Positions 27,017-36,022 of a stretch of DNA of 64,000 bases are shown here, piece after piece (position 1 is the stretch's first letter; each line of letters starts with the position of its first letter). The notes below the pieces were generated by a model. It had not been told where the DNA came from. It worked only from the letters and a program-made list of their open reading frames with translations, and did not search any database. The position numbers were made by a program, and so were the translations under genes. The DNA comes from a virus. Location: the IMG/VR virus record IMGVR_UViG_3300027708_000022, positions 98,043 through 162,042 of that record. One strand, given 5' to 3'.

Positions 27017-27738
27017 TAATATCTCTCAATTTGGCCATTGCCTGCCAAAACCCCCTCACAATATAAATTATCAAATTGTACCAAGTATTCTTTCTTAATG
27101 TTACCAAAATGTGCGTGTTCAGTATCCACACCAAACTTATTGATAGTATTATATATCTGTGGTAATGTGTGTAAGTAATCATCCATTAACGATACACAGA
27201 ACGAATACATTCTTGTAATCAATAAGTGGTCACAAGAAGATTCAATTTGTTTATTTGGTGGCAACCAAGACGGAATAGATTTTTTAAATACATACTTACC
27301 ATACAAGTCATCATATGCCTTTGGATCATATCCTTCAAGTATATTTGTTCTACCTGACAATTTGAATACTCTACGAACACCAGCCATCATTTGCTGTAAT
27401 TCAGGATGAAATTTCAAAGAATTTAAAGTTTTAAACAATAACACAATTTCGGCTTGGGATTTAAGACCTGCATTTGCAAGAGACATTGAATCTTCATTAC
27501 CAAAAAGATTGATAAATTTATCAGAATATTGGCAAACACTAGCCATTGTGGCTTCGTCAACCATTCTTGATGAGGCATCTACTAATAAAATTATAGCAGA
27601 AGGTACACGTTTGCGTAAAGATTTTAATCCTAAAATTGTTTGATTCAATCTTGCTTCATCATCAATAACACCAATGCTAGTTTTTAGGGCGGAGGTTACG
27701 ATGAACAAGTCTCTATTAGGTATAATCATTTGTGCCAT
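27016..27738 (-). CDS. glycosyltransferase-like hypothetical protein
   Basis: FIVTSA, R..QT, FKLSGR; glycan-cluster context. Confidence 0.55.
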   Translation of the reverse strand: MAQMIIPNRDLFIVTSALKTSIGVIDDEARLNQTILGLKSLRKRVPSAIILLVDASSRMVDEATMASVCQYSDKFINLFGNEDSMSLANAGLKSQAEIVLLFKTLNSLKFHPELQQMMAGVRRVFKLSGRTNILEGYDPKAYDDLYGKYVFKKSIPSWLPPNKQIESSCDHLLITRMYSFCVSLMDDYLHTLPQIYNTINKFGVDTEHAHFGNIKKEYLVQFDNLYCEGVLAGNGQIERY

Positions 27739-28397
27739 TCCGTATCAGGAAACATCTTAATCGTTTTATATTCAATGTTGAATTTACTATTATACACGAA
27801 GTCAATCAATTTTACAAGTTCTATTGGTGAAATTGCCTTACTTACATCACCACATGGGTAAGGTATATCTCTATTCCATAATGGTGTATCAATACCGCCT
27901 GGATGAATACTTGTTACTTTGATTCCTCTTGGTCGCAATTCTTGGCCAAGAACACCAGCAAATCCTGTAAGTCCGTGCTTAGAAGAACAGTATGCTGATT
28001 GATTCTCCAGTTCTTCAAGACCTGCAACTGAATTAATAAAGAAGATACGACTGCCTTTTTTCATCTTCTGCAAAGCAAATTTAGTCACATACATAGCTCC
28101 TTTAAGATTGATATCAATCATATCATCAATTTCATCAATACTAGTTTGTGAAAATGGTTTCATCTTAAACACAGCTGCATTGTTAACTAGAATGTCAATA
28201 TTGCCAATCTGTTCAAAAACAACACTTAGTAAATATGGATTGGTGATATCAACCTCAAAGTGTTTATAGTTTTCAAATTGAAATATAGATTCACCACGAG
28301 CAAAACCAATTACAGTCCATCCCTTCTCAATGTAATCATGTGCGATTGCTGCACCAACACCACTGGTTGTACCAGTAATCAAAATAGTCTTATTCAT
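27726..28397 (-). CDS. short-chain dehydrogenase/reductase
   Basis: ITGTTSGVG, LVNNAA, INS, YCSSK. Confidence 0.9.
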   Translation of the reverse strand: MNKTILITGTTSGVGAAIAHDYIEKGWTVIGFARGESIFQFENYKHFEVDITNPYLLSVVFEQIGNIDILVNNAAVFKMKPFSQTSIDEIDDMIDINLKGAMYVTKFALQKMKKGSRIFFINSVAGLEELENQSAYCSSKHGLTGFAGVLGQELRPRGIKVTSIHPGGIDTPLWNRDIPYPCGDVSKAISPIELVKLIDFVYNSKFNIEYKTIKMFPDTEWHK

Positions 28398-29532
28398 AGT
28401 TAACTTCTTCAAACAAATCTGAAGCTTTCTTTATCTCTTCATCGGTTACATCATTCAGTATCATATAGTTACCAATGCCAACAGGTACAGGTAAGTATTG
28501 ATTACCGTTTCGATGTTTCATTGTATCAGATAATGATTTTTTAAGCAAGTCAAAATTACAGAAATCTTTATGAAATACAGGCAATTTTAAACTGTGTGCT
28601 GTCTTAAAGATTCTTTCTAAGGTTTCAGTATCAATATAACCACGAACATTAGCAAGACAAGAACTCAACAGGCAATCTAGCACAACAGCCTCACCATGCT
28701 GTAATGTGTCCATATTCTGCATTTCAATAATAGGACTAAATGAATGACCAAAGTCAACGCATCGGTCTAGTTTTTTCTCCCATAGATTTGGTGCTAATTC
28801 TTCAATCATGCCTGTAATGGCAGAATTGATTACTCGAACTGGTACGGCACCAAACTGGAATTTCTCGGTGATTAATTGCTCTGCGCTTGTCTCTAGCAAC
28901 TCAAACAATTCTTTGTCTTTGATTACTGCAAGTTTAAATATCTCCGCAATACCATTAACAATGTTTCTCTCATCTTGTGTAGCAATAAACTTCTTATCCA
29001 ATAATGTTGCAATTGGTGGGTAATATGCACCTATACGATTTCTACGACCAAAGTGGTTAGCCGCAACTTTAACACCAACCGAAGCATCTACAATGGCCAA
29101 TAGTGTAGTTGGCACCTTAACATAAGGAATGCCTCTACGATAGATTGAGCAACAGAAACCAACCAAGTCTAACAGAACACCACCGCCAATAACGATGATG
29201 GCTTCTCTACGCAAAACACCAACTCTTTCAAAGAAACCTAAAATCTGGTCGGTATGATACCAATCTTTGTTTTCTTCTGTGGCATCAACCACAAACAATT
29301 CTAATTCTACCTGAAATGTTTTGAAGTATGTTTCTAATTGTTCGCCATATAGTTTATATACAGTTTCATCTATGACAACCACTCTGCGATTGGACTCACC
29401 AAAACTCAACAGGTCGTGATTGTTTACATTGAATACATCACTAGAGTACTTTAATGTAAACTCAATTGGTAGTTCGGCCTTGACAGACCATGTGCGTTTG
29501 TAATTATCAAATTTCGTTAATACATTTTCCAT
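28390..29532 (-). CDS. sedoheptulose-7-phosphate cyclase, 2-epi-5-epi-valiolone synthase (EEVS) type
   Basis: DHQS fold (GGGVLLD, VPTTLLA.VDA); MIEELAPNLWE, RCVDFGHSFSP, HGEAV, KHRNG. Confidence 0.85.
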   Translation of the reverse strand: MENVLTKFDNYKRTWSVKAELPIEFTLKYSSDVFNVNNHDLLSFGESNRRVVVIDETVYKLYGEQLETYFKTFQVELELFVVDATEENKDWYHTDQILGFFERVGVLRREAIIVIGGGVLLDLVGFCCSIYRRGIPYVKVPTTLLAIVDASVGVKVAANHFGRRNRIGAYYPPIATLLDKKFIATQDERNIVNGIAEIFKLAVIKDKELFELLETSAEQLITEKFQFGAVPVRVINSAITGMIEELAPNLWEKKLDRCVDFGHSFSPIIEMQNMDTLQHGEAVVLDCLLSSCLANVRGYIDTETLERIFKTAHSLKLPVFHKDFCNFDLLKKSLSDTMKHRNGNQYLPVPVGIGNYMILNDVTDEEIKKASDLFEEVNYE

Positions 29533-30494
29533 TATTTAAAAACCTTACTCAATAAATGGCAAGCATGGACATAGAAGAACATTGCCTTCTCTGTTTCACC
29601 CGCTGCACATTTGAATGGCAACATACGAATGAATTGTGTTGCCTCTAATACATCAATTGTCTTTTTCTCCCATGGGTCAATTCTATCTTCAAATAGTTTA
29701 TTAAATACAATAAAATTATTTGGAATACTACCGTGATATCCCACCGATGGGCCAACAACTTTTACTCCTCGGTCAGTAATATAACCATAATGACTTCTTG
29801 AGCATTGTAACACCTGTGAATAATCTAAGAGGCGAGAATCAAGACAACTTTCTTCATAAGGATCAATAAACATCACTCTATCCTCTTTAAAGGAATACAT
29901 CATGTTTTCAAGAGTTGGATTACCATGGATAGTTTCTTCTGTTGTAAGATTTAGCTGACTAAAGAAGTTCTCCAGTTCTGGCATAAAGTTCTGAATGCCA
30001 TGTGTAATCTGGCCATTATATTCAAAAGAATCCAACAAACCAGATTCGTAGAAATCAGAAAACTTTTGGTACTTAAAGGCATCATATAGTTTCTGTAAAA
30101 CTTCTTCTTTGAAGTATAATGAACCTGCACCCTTAATTGGCAAATACATTTTACTATGTAGGCTATCAAATGAACACCATACAGATTCGTTTATTTTTTC
30201 TATAACATCATGTGTTATAGTATCTTCGGTCAAAATGGTTTTAATATCTCTATACCCTTCTAGGTATTCAATATCAAAATAAGCCGTTTCTTCTCTCATG
30301 CCAACACGCAAGACTTTAGGAAATAGTCCTGTTGCTTCAAATCTTTGTAGTTTCTTTAATTGAGAATACCAACGAACATAACCATATTCACGATTATCTT
30401 TTGTGCTAACAGATTTACGAATAAATTTATTAGCACCACCTTCATGTAAAGAGGTGTTACTCAAAGAGCCACCTTTCAATTTAGTAATCTTCAT
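29532..30494 (-). CDS. APH/choline-kinase-like phosphotransferase
   Basis: LKGGSLS loop; IHGNPTLENMM...FIDP (Brenner-like motif). Confidence 0.7.
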   Translation of the reverse strand: MKITKLKGGSLSNTSLHEGGANKFIRKSVSTKDNREYGYVRWYSQLKKLQRFEATGLFPKVLRVGMREETAYFDIEYLEGYRDIKTILTEDTITHDVIEKINESVWCSFDSLHSKMYLPIKGAGSLYFKEEVLQKLYDAFKYQKFSDFYESGLLDSFEYNGQITHGIQNFMPELENFFSQLNLTTEETIHGNPTLENMMYSFKEDRVMFIDPYEESCLDSRLLDYSQVLQCSRSHYGYITDRGVKVVGPSVGYHGSIPNNFIVFNKLFEDRIDPWEKKTIDVLEATQFIRMLPFKCAAGETEKAMFFYVHACHLLSKVFK

Positions 30495-31213
30495 CTTGCC
30501 TTTAAACTCTGTTTAGTGACTTCAAGACCATATTCTTGTGGACTACCAAGGACAATTGTTTCATATTCATTATTCAGTTCATTTAGACCAATAGATTCAC
30601 CATTCCTAATCATGTGGCCTAGTACATTCGCAATATACAATTCTTTACCTGTGAATCCATTTAATACTAATTCGTAATTATCTTCATATATTTCTGCATT
30701 ACGAAAACCATATAGGCCTGAACTTGCAAAAGGAGAGATAGCGCACTTCTCAACAATCTCGGTTACAATTCCATCTTTTGACCTAACATACGAATACTTT
30801 GGGTTGGTAGCAACAAATACATCAACATAAGCATGAGCCATGTAGCTTTCAATTTCTTTAAAATTTCTACCCGTAAGAATTGTATCAGCATTATGAACAA
30901 AGAATGGTTGTTTTTTGTTTTTAATTAATGAAGCACCGATGTATGCGGTGTGAGCTTGTCCATTAGTATCGCCGATATAATGGATGTTATCTTCTGTTAG
31001 TCCAAGTGGTTTAATTGTTTCAACCAACTCTTTCTTAAAATACACATCACGTTTATTGGCCAATAAAATAACCTCATCAAACTTTCCTAATTCTTTAAGA
31101 ATGTTATGAATGATTGTTTCTTCACCCCAAGGTAACAGATATTTTGGAATATCAAAACCAACATCATGGAATCTGGTGTTTAAACCAGCCATACAAATTA
31201 CTAGCGCACCCAT
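30491..31213 (-). CDS. sugar-phosphate nucleotidyltransferase
   Basis: ICMAGLNTRF...PKYLL; TNGQAHTA; HNADT; EIVEK; SSGLYGF. Confidence 0.85.
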   Translation of the reverse strand: MGALVICMAGLNTRFHDVGFDIPKYLLPWGEETIIHNILKELGKFDEVILLANKRDVYFKKELVETIKPLGLTEDNIHYIGDTNGQAHTAYIGASLIKNKKQPFFVHNADTILTGRNFKEIESYMAHAYVDVFVATNPKYSYVRSKDGIVTEIVEKCAISPFASSGLYGFRNAEIYEDNYELVLNGFTGKELYIANVLGHMIRNGESIGLNELNNEYETIVLGSPQEYGLEVTKQSLKAR

Positions 31214-31908
31214 TTTTCAAAATCCTCACGAATTAAACTATGCCATGTTCCATTATTTTCACCAGGTGGAAATGGATGATTCATATTACAGTAAACCAAA
31301 TTCTCACCAACAAAACCTTTTTCTTTCCAATTGGCACTCATCATATCTTCACACATCATCTGTACACCACTTTCATAGAATCTATCCAAGTGTGTGAATG
31401 TGTCAGCATACTTATCCATATTTTCTGAAGATGAGAATGCGAACTGGTCATTACCAAAATCACGATTAGGAACTTGCCTGCAATTTGGAATATAAAGTTT
31501 AGTGCTATCTAGTTCTGCAAATGGAATTTTAACATTGATTGCAAAATCAAAACGAGAACGAATAACCCAATCAAATTTCATATCGTATAGGATTTCAAAT
31601 TCTGATTTTAGCCAATTGCATTTCTTAATGCTATACAATTGATTCCATGTTGCACGAGCTGGTTCTTTTACTTTCCAGTTTGGTTGTGGTGGTGGAACAT
31701 TGGTGTACTTTGATAAATCATTTGTTAGTGCTGGATCTACTTGCCACGATCTAGCTTCATATTGAATTATAGCCTCATGTGTCTGTTCACTTTCCCATGT
31801 GTGAATAAACACCTCAACATCATGGTCTTTTAATAGATTCTCATAAACAAACTCATAGCCTTGTTTAAAGCTACGAGGTTGTCCTGAAAGGCATAGTGCT
31901 ATCTTCAT
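31201..31908 (-). CDS. putative glycosyltransferase (MKIALCLSGQPR family)
   Basis: SGQPR, VFIHTW, FDWVIRSRFD, NDQFAF. Confidence 0.6.
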   Translation of the reverse strand: MKIALCLSGQPRSFKQGYEFVYENLLKDHDVEVFIHTWESEQTHEAIIQYEARSWQVDPALTNDLSKYTNVPPPQPNWKVKEPARATWNQLYSIKKCNWLKSEFEILYDMKFDWVIRSRFDFAINVKIPFAELDSTKLYIPNCRQVPNRDFGNDQFAFSSSENMDKYADTFTHLDRFYESGVQMMCEDMMSANWKEKGFVGENLVYCNMNHPFPPGENNGTWHSLIREDFEKWVR

Positions 31909-32585
31909 AAATCTTTTCCAATATTTTCCTTATTATCTGTAATACCAAACTCTTTATAGGCTTCTTTCTCAAAGACCACAATACTATTGTAAAAAGAAAC
32001 ACTATTCAAACCTTTATACCTTTCAAGGGTTTGTGGCAGAATATAGTTATTACCTTGAAAGTGTTGTTGATTCATAGAGTCGGTAACCTTCTTTGCGTGT
32101 TCAAGAAAAGTTTGTGGCTCTTTGTAACCACCACCCCAATTCTGCCAATAACTTGTATGAGTATCTTCAACAGCAAAGACACCATCATCATTCAAATGTG
32201 GGAACATACAGTTTAATGTGGTAATTTGTTGGTTCATTGTGTGACCACCATCATCAATAATGATATCAAAGGTACCATACTCTTCTGCAAATTGTTTCCA
32301 GAATTCTGGTGAAGATTGGTCACCCATAATGATCTGTACATCACCATCATACTTATAATTTAAGCATTCAGGATTAACATCAACAGCAATTACCGATGTG
32401 TCTTTACCAAAGTACTTCAACCACATTTCAATTGAACCACCACCTAAAACTCCAATCTCCAGAATTCTTGGTGATTTATCAACAAACTTGTTAAGGTGTT
32501 TTTCATACACATCAAAGTAACCAGACCACTTAGTCGAACCTTTCTCTAGGTTCCAAAAGATTTCTTTCAATTTCATCTGAGCCAT
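31905..32585 (-). CDS. class I SAM-dependent (sugar O-)methyltransferase
   Basis: ILEIGVLGGGS, GDQS, FDIIIDDGGH, AVEDTHTSYW. Confidence 0.85.
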   Translation of the reverse strand: MAQMKLKEIFWNLEKGSTKWSGYFDVYEKHLNKFVDKSPRILEIGVLGGGSIEMWLKYFGKDTSVIAVDVNPECLNYKYDGDVQIIMGDQSSPEFWKQFAEEYGTFDIIIDDGGHTMNQQITTLNCMFPHLNDDGVFAVEDTHTSYWQNWGGGYKEPQTFLEHAKKVTDSMNQQHFQGNNYILPQTLERYKGLNSVSFYNSIVVFEKEAYKEFGITDNKENIGKDL

Positions 32586-33601
32586 TTATCATTCTCCAAA
32601 GACCATTGAACCATACCTTCAATTCTTTCACGCAATGAAATATTTGGCTTCCAACCTAAAGATTCCATATAAGAGCCAGACAAAGCGTAGCGTAAATCAT
32701 GGCCAGGTCTGGATGAATGAAAATCAACCATCTCATATTTTAACTCCTTACCTTGTGCTGCAGCAATTAACCTAGCTAATTCTAGGTTATCAATCTCATC
32801 GGGACCAACAATATTAAATTTAGGAATCTTAGCACCACCAAAATCAGGCACTCTTGCATAATCTTTTGGTAGATTAAGAATGAACATAAGACCGTCTGAA
32901 ACATCTTTAGCATGAACATAGTGGCGTGAACCAGCTTTTGTTTTAGTTGCATCAGAATGGATGGTTAGTGTAAGACCATCACGAGCATAACGAATGGCTT
33001 TAGGAATAAACTTCTCAGGATGCTGACGTTCACCAAATACATTCATCGTATGAGTAACAATAATTGGCATCTTGTAAGTGTTTTCAAATGCTACACACAT
33101 CTCCTCACCGGCTGCCTTTGATGCTGAGTATGGGTTAGTTGCGTTGTAACGATCACGTTCGGTGTAATCAACACCAGCTGGTGCAGGACCAAATACCTCA
33201 TCTGTACTAAAGTATACAAACTTCTCCAGATTAGGAAGTGTACGAGCAAACTGTAATAGGTTAACTGTACCAACTACGTTATCTTGTACAAACTCCATTG
33301 GGAATTCAATAGAACGGTCAACGTGTGAACCTGCTGCAAGATGTAGAACCAATTGACAATCACCAATCAAACCAGAAGTCTGTGGGTTAATCTCAGCTCT
33401 TAAATCGTGAAATACAATCTCAACACGCTTCTTGGTATCACGATCATATTTCTTCATAATATCTTCAAGGCGATTTAGATTGCCAGAGAAATCAAGTCGA
33501 TCAAGTGACACAATTGTCCAGTCAGTTTGGTCAAGGATTGTTTCAATCAAATGGTGTGCAATGAACCCTGCTCCACCGGTAATCAATACTCTTTTAGTCA
33601 T
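32573..33601 (-). CDS. rfbB: NDP-glucose 4,6-dehydratase (RfbB/RmlB-like)
   Basis: TGGAGFI, HLAAGSHVDRSI, STDEVFG, YSASK, RPGHDLRYA. Confidence 0.9.
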   Translation of the reverse strand: MTKRVLITGGAGFIAHHLIETILDQTDWTIVSLDRLDFSGNLNRLEDIMKKYDRDTKKRVEIVFHDLRAEINPQTSGLIGDCQLVLHLAAGSHVDRSIEFPMEFVQDNVVGTVNLLQFARTLPNLEKFVYFSTDEVFGPAPAGVDYTERDRYNATNPYSASKAAGEEMCVAFENTYKMPIIVTHTMNVFGERQHPEKFIPKAIRYARDGLTLTIHSDATKTKAGSRHYVHAKDVSDGLMFILNLPKDYARVPDFGGAKIPKFNIVGPDEIDNLELARLIAAAQGKELKYEMVDFHSSRPGHDLRYALSGSYMESLGWKPNISLRERIEGMVQWSLENDKWLR

Positions 33602-34436
33602 TATATGTTTCCTCTATACGTTCTTTCCATCCTGGTATCCGATCATATTGGTGAGCAATTGTAAAGACATTTCCTTTAGAAGTTGCAACTTCGCCGTTAA
33701 TCATAACAGGTGAAGGTTCTAATAGGAATGGACCGAATTGTTCTTTTTTACTTGGGTCTACCGTTGTGCCAAGTTGTGCTGCCCATCCAGATTCGGATGC
33801 CATATATGCCGATGTTGTGATATATGGATGTTGTGCAACCATAAAATTGAATGTCGATTGGTCAACAATAGGAATCGGGCGATTGATTGACATAACAAAA
33901 ATGTTTGCAGCCAAATCTCTCATACAAGTGGATCTACCAGCAAGCACACCCACATTGAAGATTACATTCTCTTTGAAAATATCATGGAAGAATGGACCAA
34001 ATGTTTCAATTAGATTTTGGTTACCCCAAGGTTCGTCTTTATAGTGCATACTCTCACTGGCAAACATCAGGTTCTTATCACCTAACCTTTCCTCAAGGAA
34101 TGTAATTGGGTTCTTTTGAAAGACAACATCCTTCACATCGGTTGTAATAACATACCGATATTCATTATTTCTTAGGTGATTGTAAATGTGGATGAATCGT
34201 TCAACGTGAACAGGTAAACTAGACTGATAAACATATCGTCTGTTTTCTTCATCCTTTTTTCCTGGCAAGATGACTTCAAAGCCAGATTGAACCAGTTTTT
34301 CGATAGTATCAAAACTGATGTTGAAGGCCACCATTGCTTTGTGACCTTCATAACCACAACGGTTAATAGAATTAACCCAATACTTTAATTTATTCCAATC
34401 GTAATTGGTACAGCATCCTATAATTAAATCTTTCAT
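33594..34436 (-). CDS. putative GT-A glycosyltransferase
   Basis: ERF...TDVKDVVFQ.NP...NVGV...DQS.FN...HQYDR. Confidence 0.7.
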   Translation of the reverse strand: MKDLIIGCCTNYDWNKLKYWVNSINRCGYEGHKAMVAFNISFDTIEKLVQSGFEVILPGKKDEENRRYVYQSSLPVHVERFIHIYNHLRNNEYRYVITTDVKDVVFQKNPITFLEERLGDKNLMFASESMHYKDEPWGNQNLIETFGPFFHDIFKENVIFNVGVLAGRSTCMRDLAANIFVMSINRPIPIVDQSTFNFMVAQHPYITTSAYMASESGWAAQLGTTVDPSKKEQFGPFLLEPSPVMINGEVATSKGNVFTIAHQYDRIPGWKERIEETYND

Positions 34437-34459
34437 TTCTCACTCACTTATAATAATGT

Positions 34460-34498
34460 TAATATATCACTCAATTATCAAAAGTGAGTGATATATTA
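34460..34498. repeat. perfect 14-bp inverted repeat upstream of the glycan operon
   Basis: TAATATATCACTCA-11nt-TGAGTGATATATTA. Confidence 0.8.
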
Positions 34499-34545
34499 TA
34501 TATAATTCAGATAATTCTTAAACGAGGCAAATTTATTAATAACAT

Positions 34546-35988
34546 TTATTTTGCGATTACATATCTACCAGAAGAAGGTGACATAGCAGATGCATACATA
34601 TAAATTTCCATTATAACATTATTTTTTTTAATTTGTAAATTTATATCTTTTTGTGTTACGTTTTCTTTAGTAATATCTTGCACTCTTCTACCTTCAGTAA
34701 AATAAGCCCTTATCAATCCTTCAAAACTGCCAACTATATGTGTAATACTTAATAATATTCTTTCATTTTGATAAGTTTCATATAGTGTTGGTTTTAAATT
34801 CATAATTGAGTTAATATTAGTCATACCAAGTTTTTTTTTATAATCAAATCTACCATTTGATTTTAGAATTTGTTCAATGTGTTCTTTTGTAGCTTCTATC
34901 TTTTTTATTTCAGCTTTTAATTGTAGGCCAGTTGTTTTTTTTCCTGTTTCTTTTTTTACCATATTTGAATACTTTGTATTCAAATTATCAATTCCAGTTT
35001 TATAATCAGTGACACCTTTGTTATAAGAAACAACTAATTTTTTAGCATAATTAGAATCAACCCGGGCCCAAAGGTCAGTAAATCCTGTTGCACTTGAACT
35101 ATTTGTTCCAGTTCCAAAACTAGTTAAAGAACCAAGCCTAGAATTTTTACCCTCAATCTCAACTTTTACTGATAAACTTACTCCTAAATTTTCACTATAA
35201 GGATCATGTCTTATTTTAATAAATGGTTTGGTTTTTGAACTACCAAAATATATTGCAATGTCTCTATCTGTTCCCTTATTTTCAGAAATATCTAGATATT
35301 TAACATTTTCTAATATTTTTTGATTTTCTTCTTCTGTAAAATTAATTCTGTAAATATCAACTTTATCTGGAGCTTTCTTTAAAGAAACTCCTAATAAATC
35401 TCCAGATTCTATTAAACCATTCATAAGTTGATTTAAATTTATAAAATTAAATCCTTGAGGTGGTTTACTAACATAGTCTTGAATTTTTTTCTCTGCATTT
35501 TTAGAAGCAAAATATATATCTGCTGGACTCCATTTATTTACATCTCCAAATAATTTGTCTTGTTTGTTTGCAATCTTAAACAGTTCTTCAATATCTTCCA
35601 TCACAGACCTACCACCTTTAGCTCCACGATAATATAAGAAATCTGTCCATCCTGGTCTTTGAATTTTCTTAAAATCTTCGTCTATTTCATCTATATCGTC
35701 AATGAGTTTTATAGCAACATTTATTGACGATTTATACCAATCAACATCTTTATTTAAAATCTTCTCTATTAATTCCAACCCAACGCCAGTAGTTTTTATT
35801 TTTGAAAATGAATCAGTTACTAATTTTTTATTGTTTGATTTAAATTCACCATATGTTGGATATCCAATTGGACGAGGTTGATAATTTAAAACTTTTTTAG
35901 CTTTTGCTGCTCCAAGAAAGTCAGCCATAGCACAAAATAGTGCTTGAGCACTTTCAAAAGCTTTTGTGTCGCTATCACTCTCTGCCAT
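34546..35988 (-). CDS. hypothetical late protein, possible PD-(D/E)xK-like nuclease
   Basis: 480 aa; KWSPADIY...GVSLKK motif; late promoter upstream. Confidence 0.6.
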   Translation of the reverse strand: MAESDSDTKAFESAQALFCAMADFLGAAKAKKVLNYQPRPIGYPTYGEFKSNNKKLVTDSFSKIKTTGVGLELIEKILNKDVDWYKSSINVAIKLIDDIDEIDEDFKKIQRPGWTDFLYYRGAKGGRSVMEDIEELFKIANKQDKLFGDVNKWSPADIYFASKNAEKKIQDYVSKPPQGFNFINLNQLMNGLIESGDLLGVSLKKAPDKVDIYRINFTEEENQKILENVKYLDISENKGTDRDIAIYFGSSKTKPFIKIRHDPYSENLGVSLSVKVEIEGKNSRLGSLTSFGTGTNSSSATGFTDLWARVDSNYAKKLVVSYNKGVTDYKTGIDNLNTKYSNMVKKETGKKTTGLQLKAEIKKIEATKEHIEQILKSNGRFDYKKKLGMTNINSIMNLKPTLYETYQNERILLSITHIVGSFEGLIRAYFTEGRRVQDITKENVTQKDINLQIKKNNVIMEIYMYASAMSPSSGRYVIAK

Positions 35989-36014
35989 ATAATACTCCTA
36001 TTAATTTATTGAAT

Positions 36015-36022
36015 TATTTATA
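36015..36022 (-). promoter_or_regulatory. T4-type late promoter
   Basis: TATAAATA followed by AGGAG RBS of the ORF starting at 35988. Confidence 0.75.

Noticed and set aside
28390-29532. Annotation as aroB or as DDGS/MysA (mycosporine sunscreen)
   Set aside because: Motifs MIEELAPNLWE, VDFGH and KHRNG fit EEVS. No ATP-grasp MysC or fused MT-Ox gene is present, though a gadusol-like product is not fully excluded.
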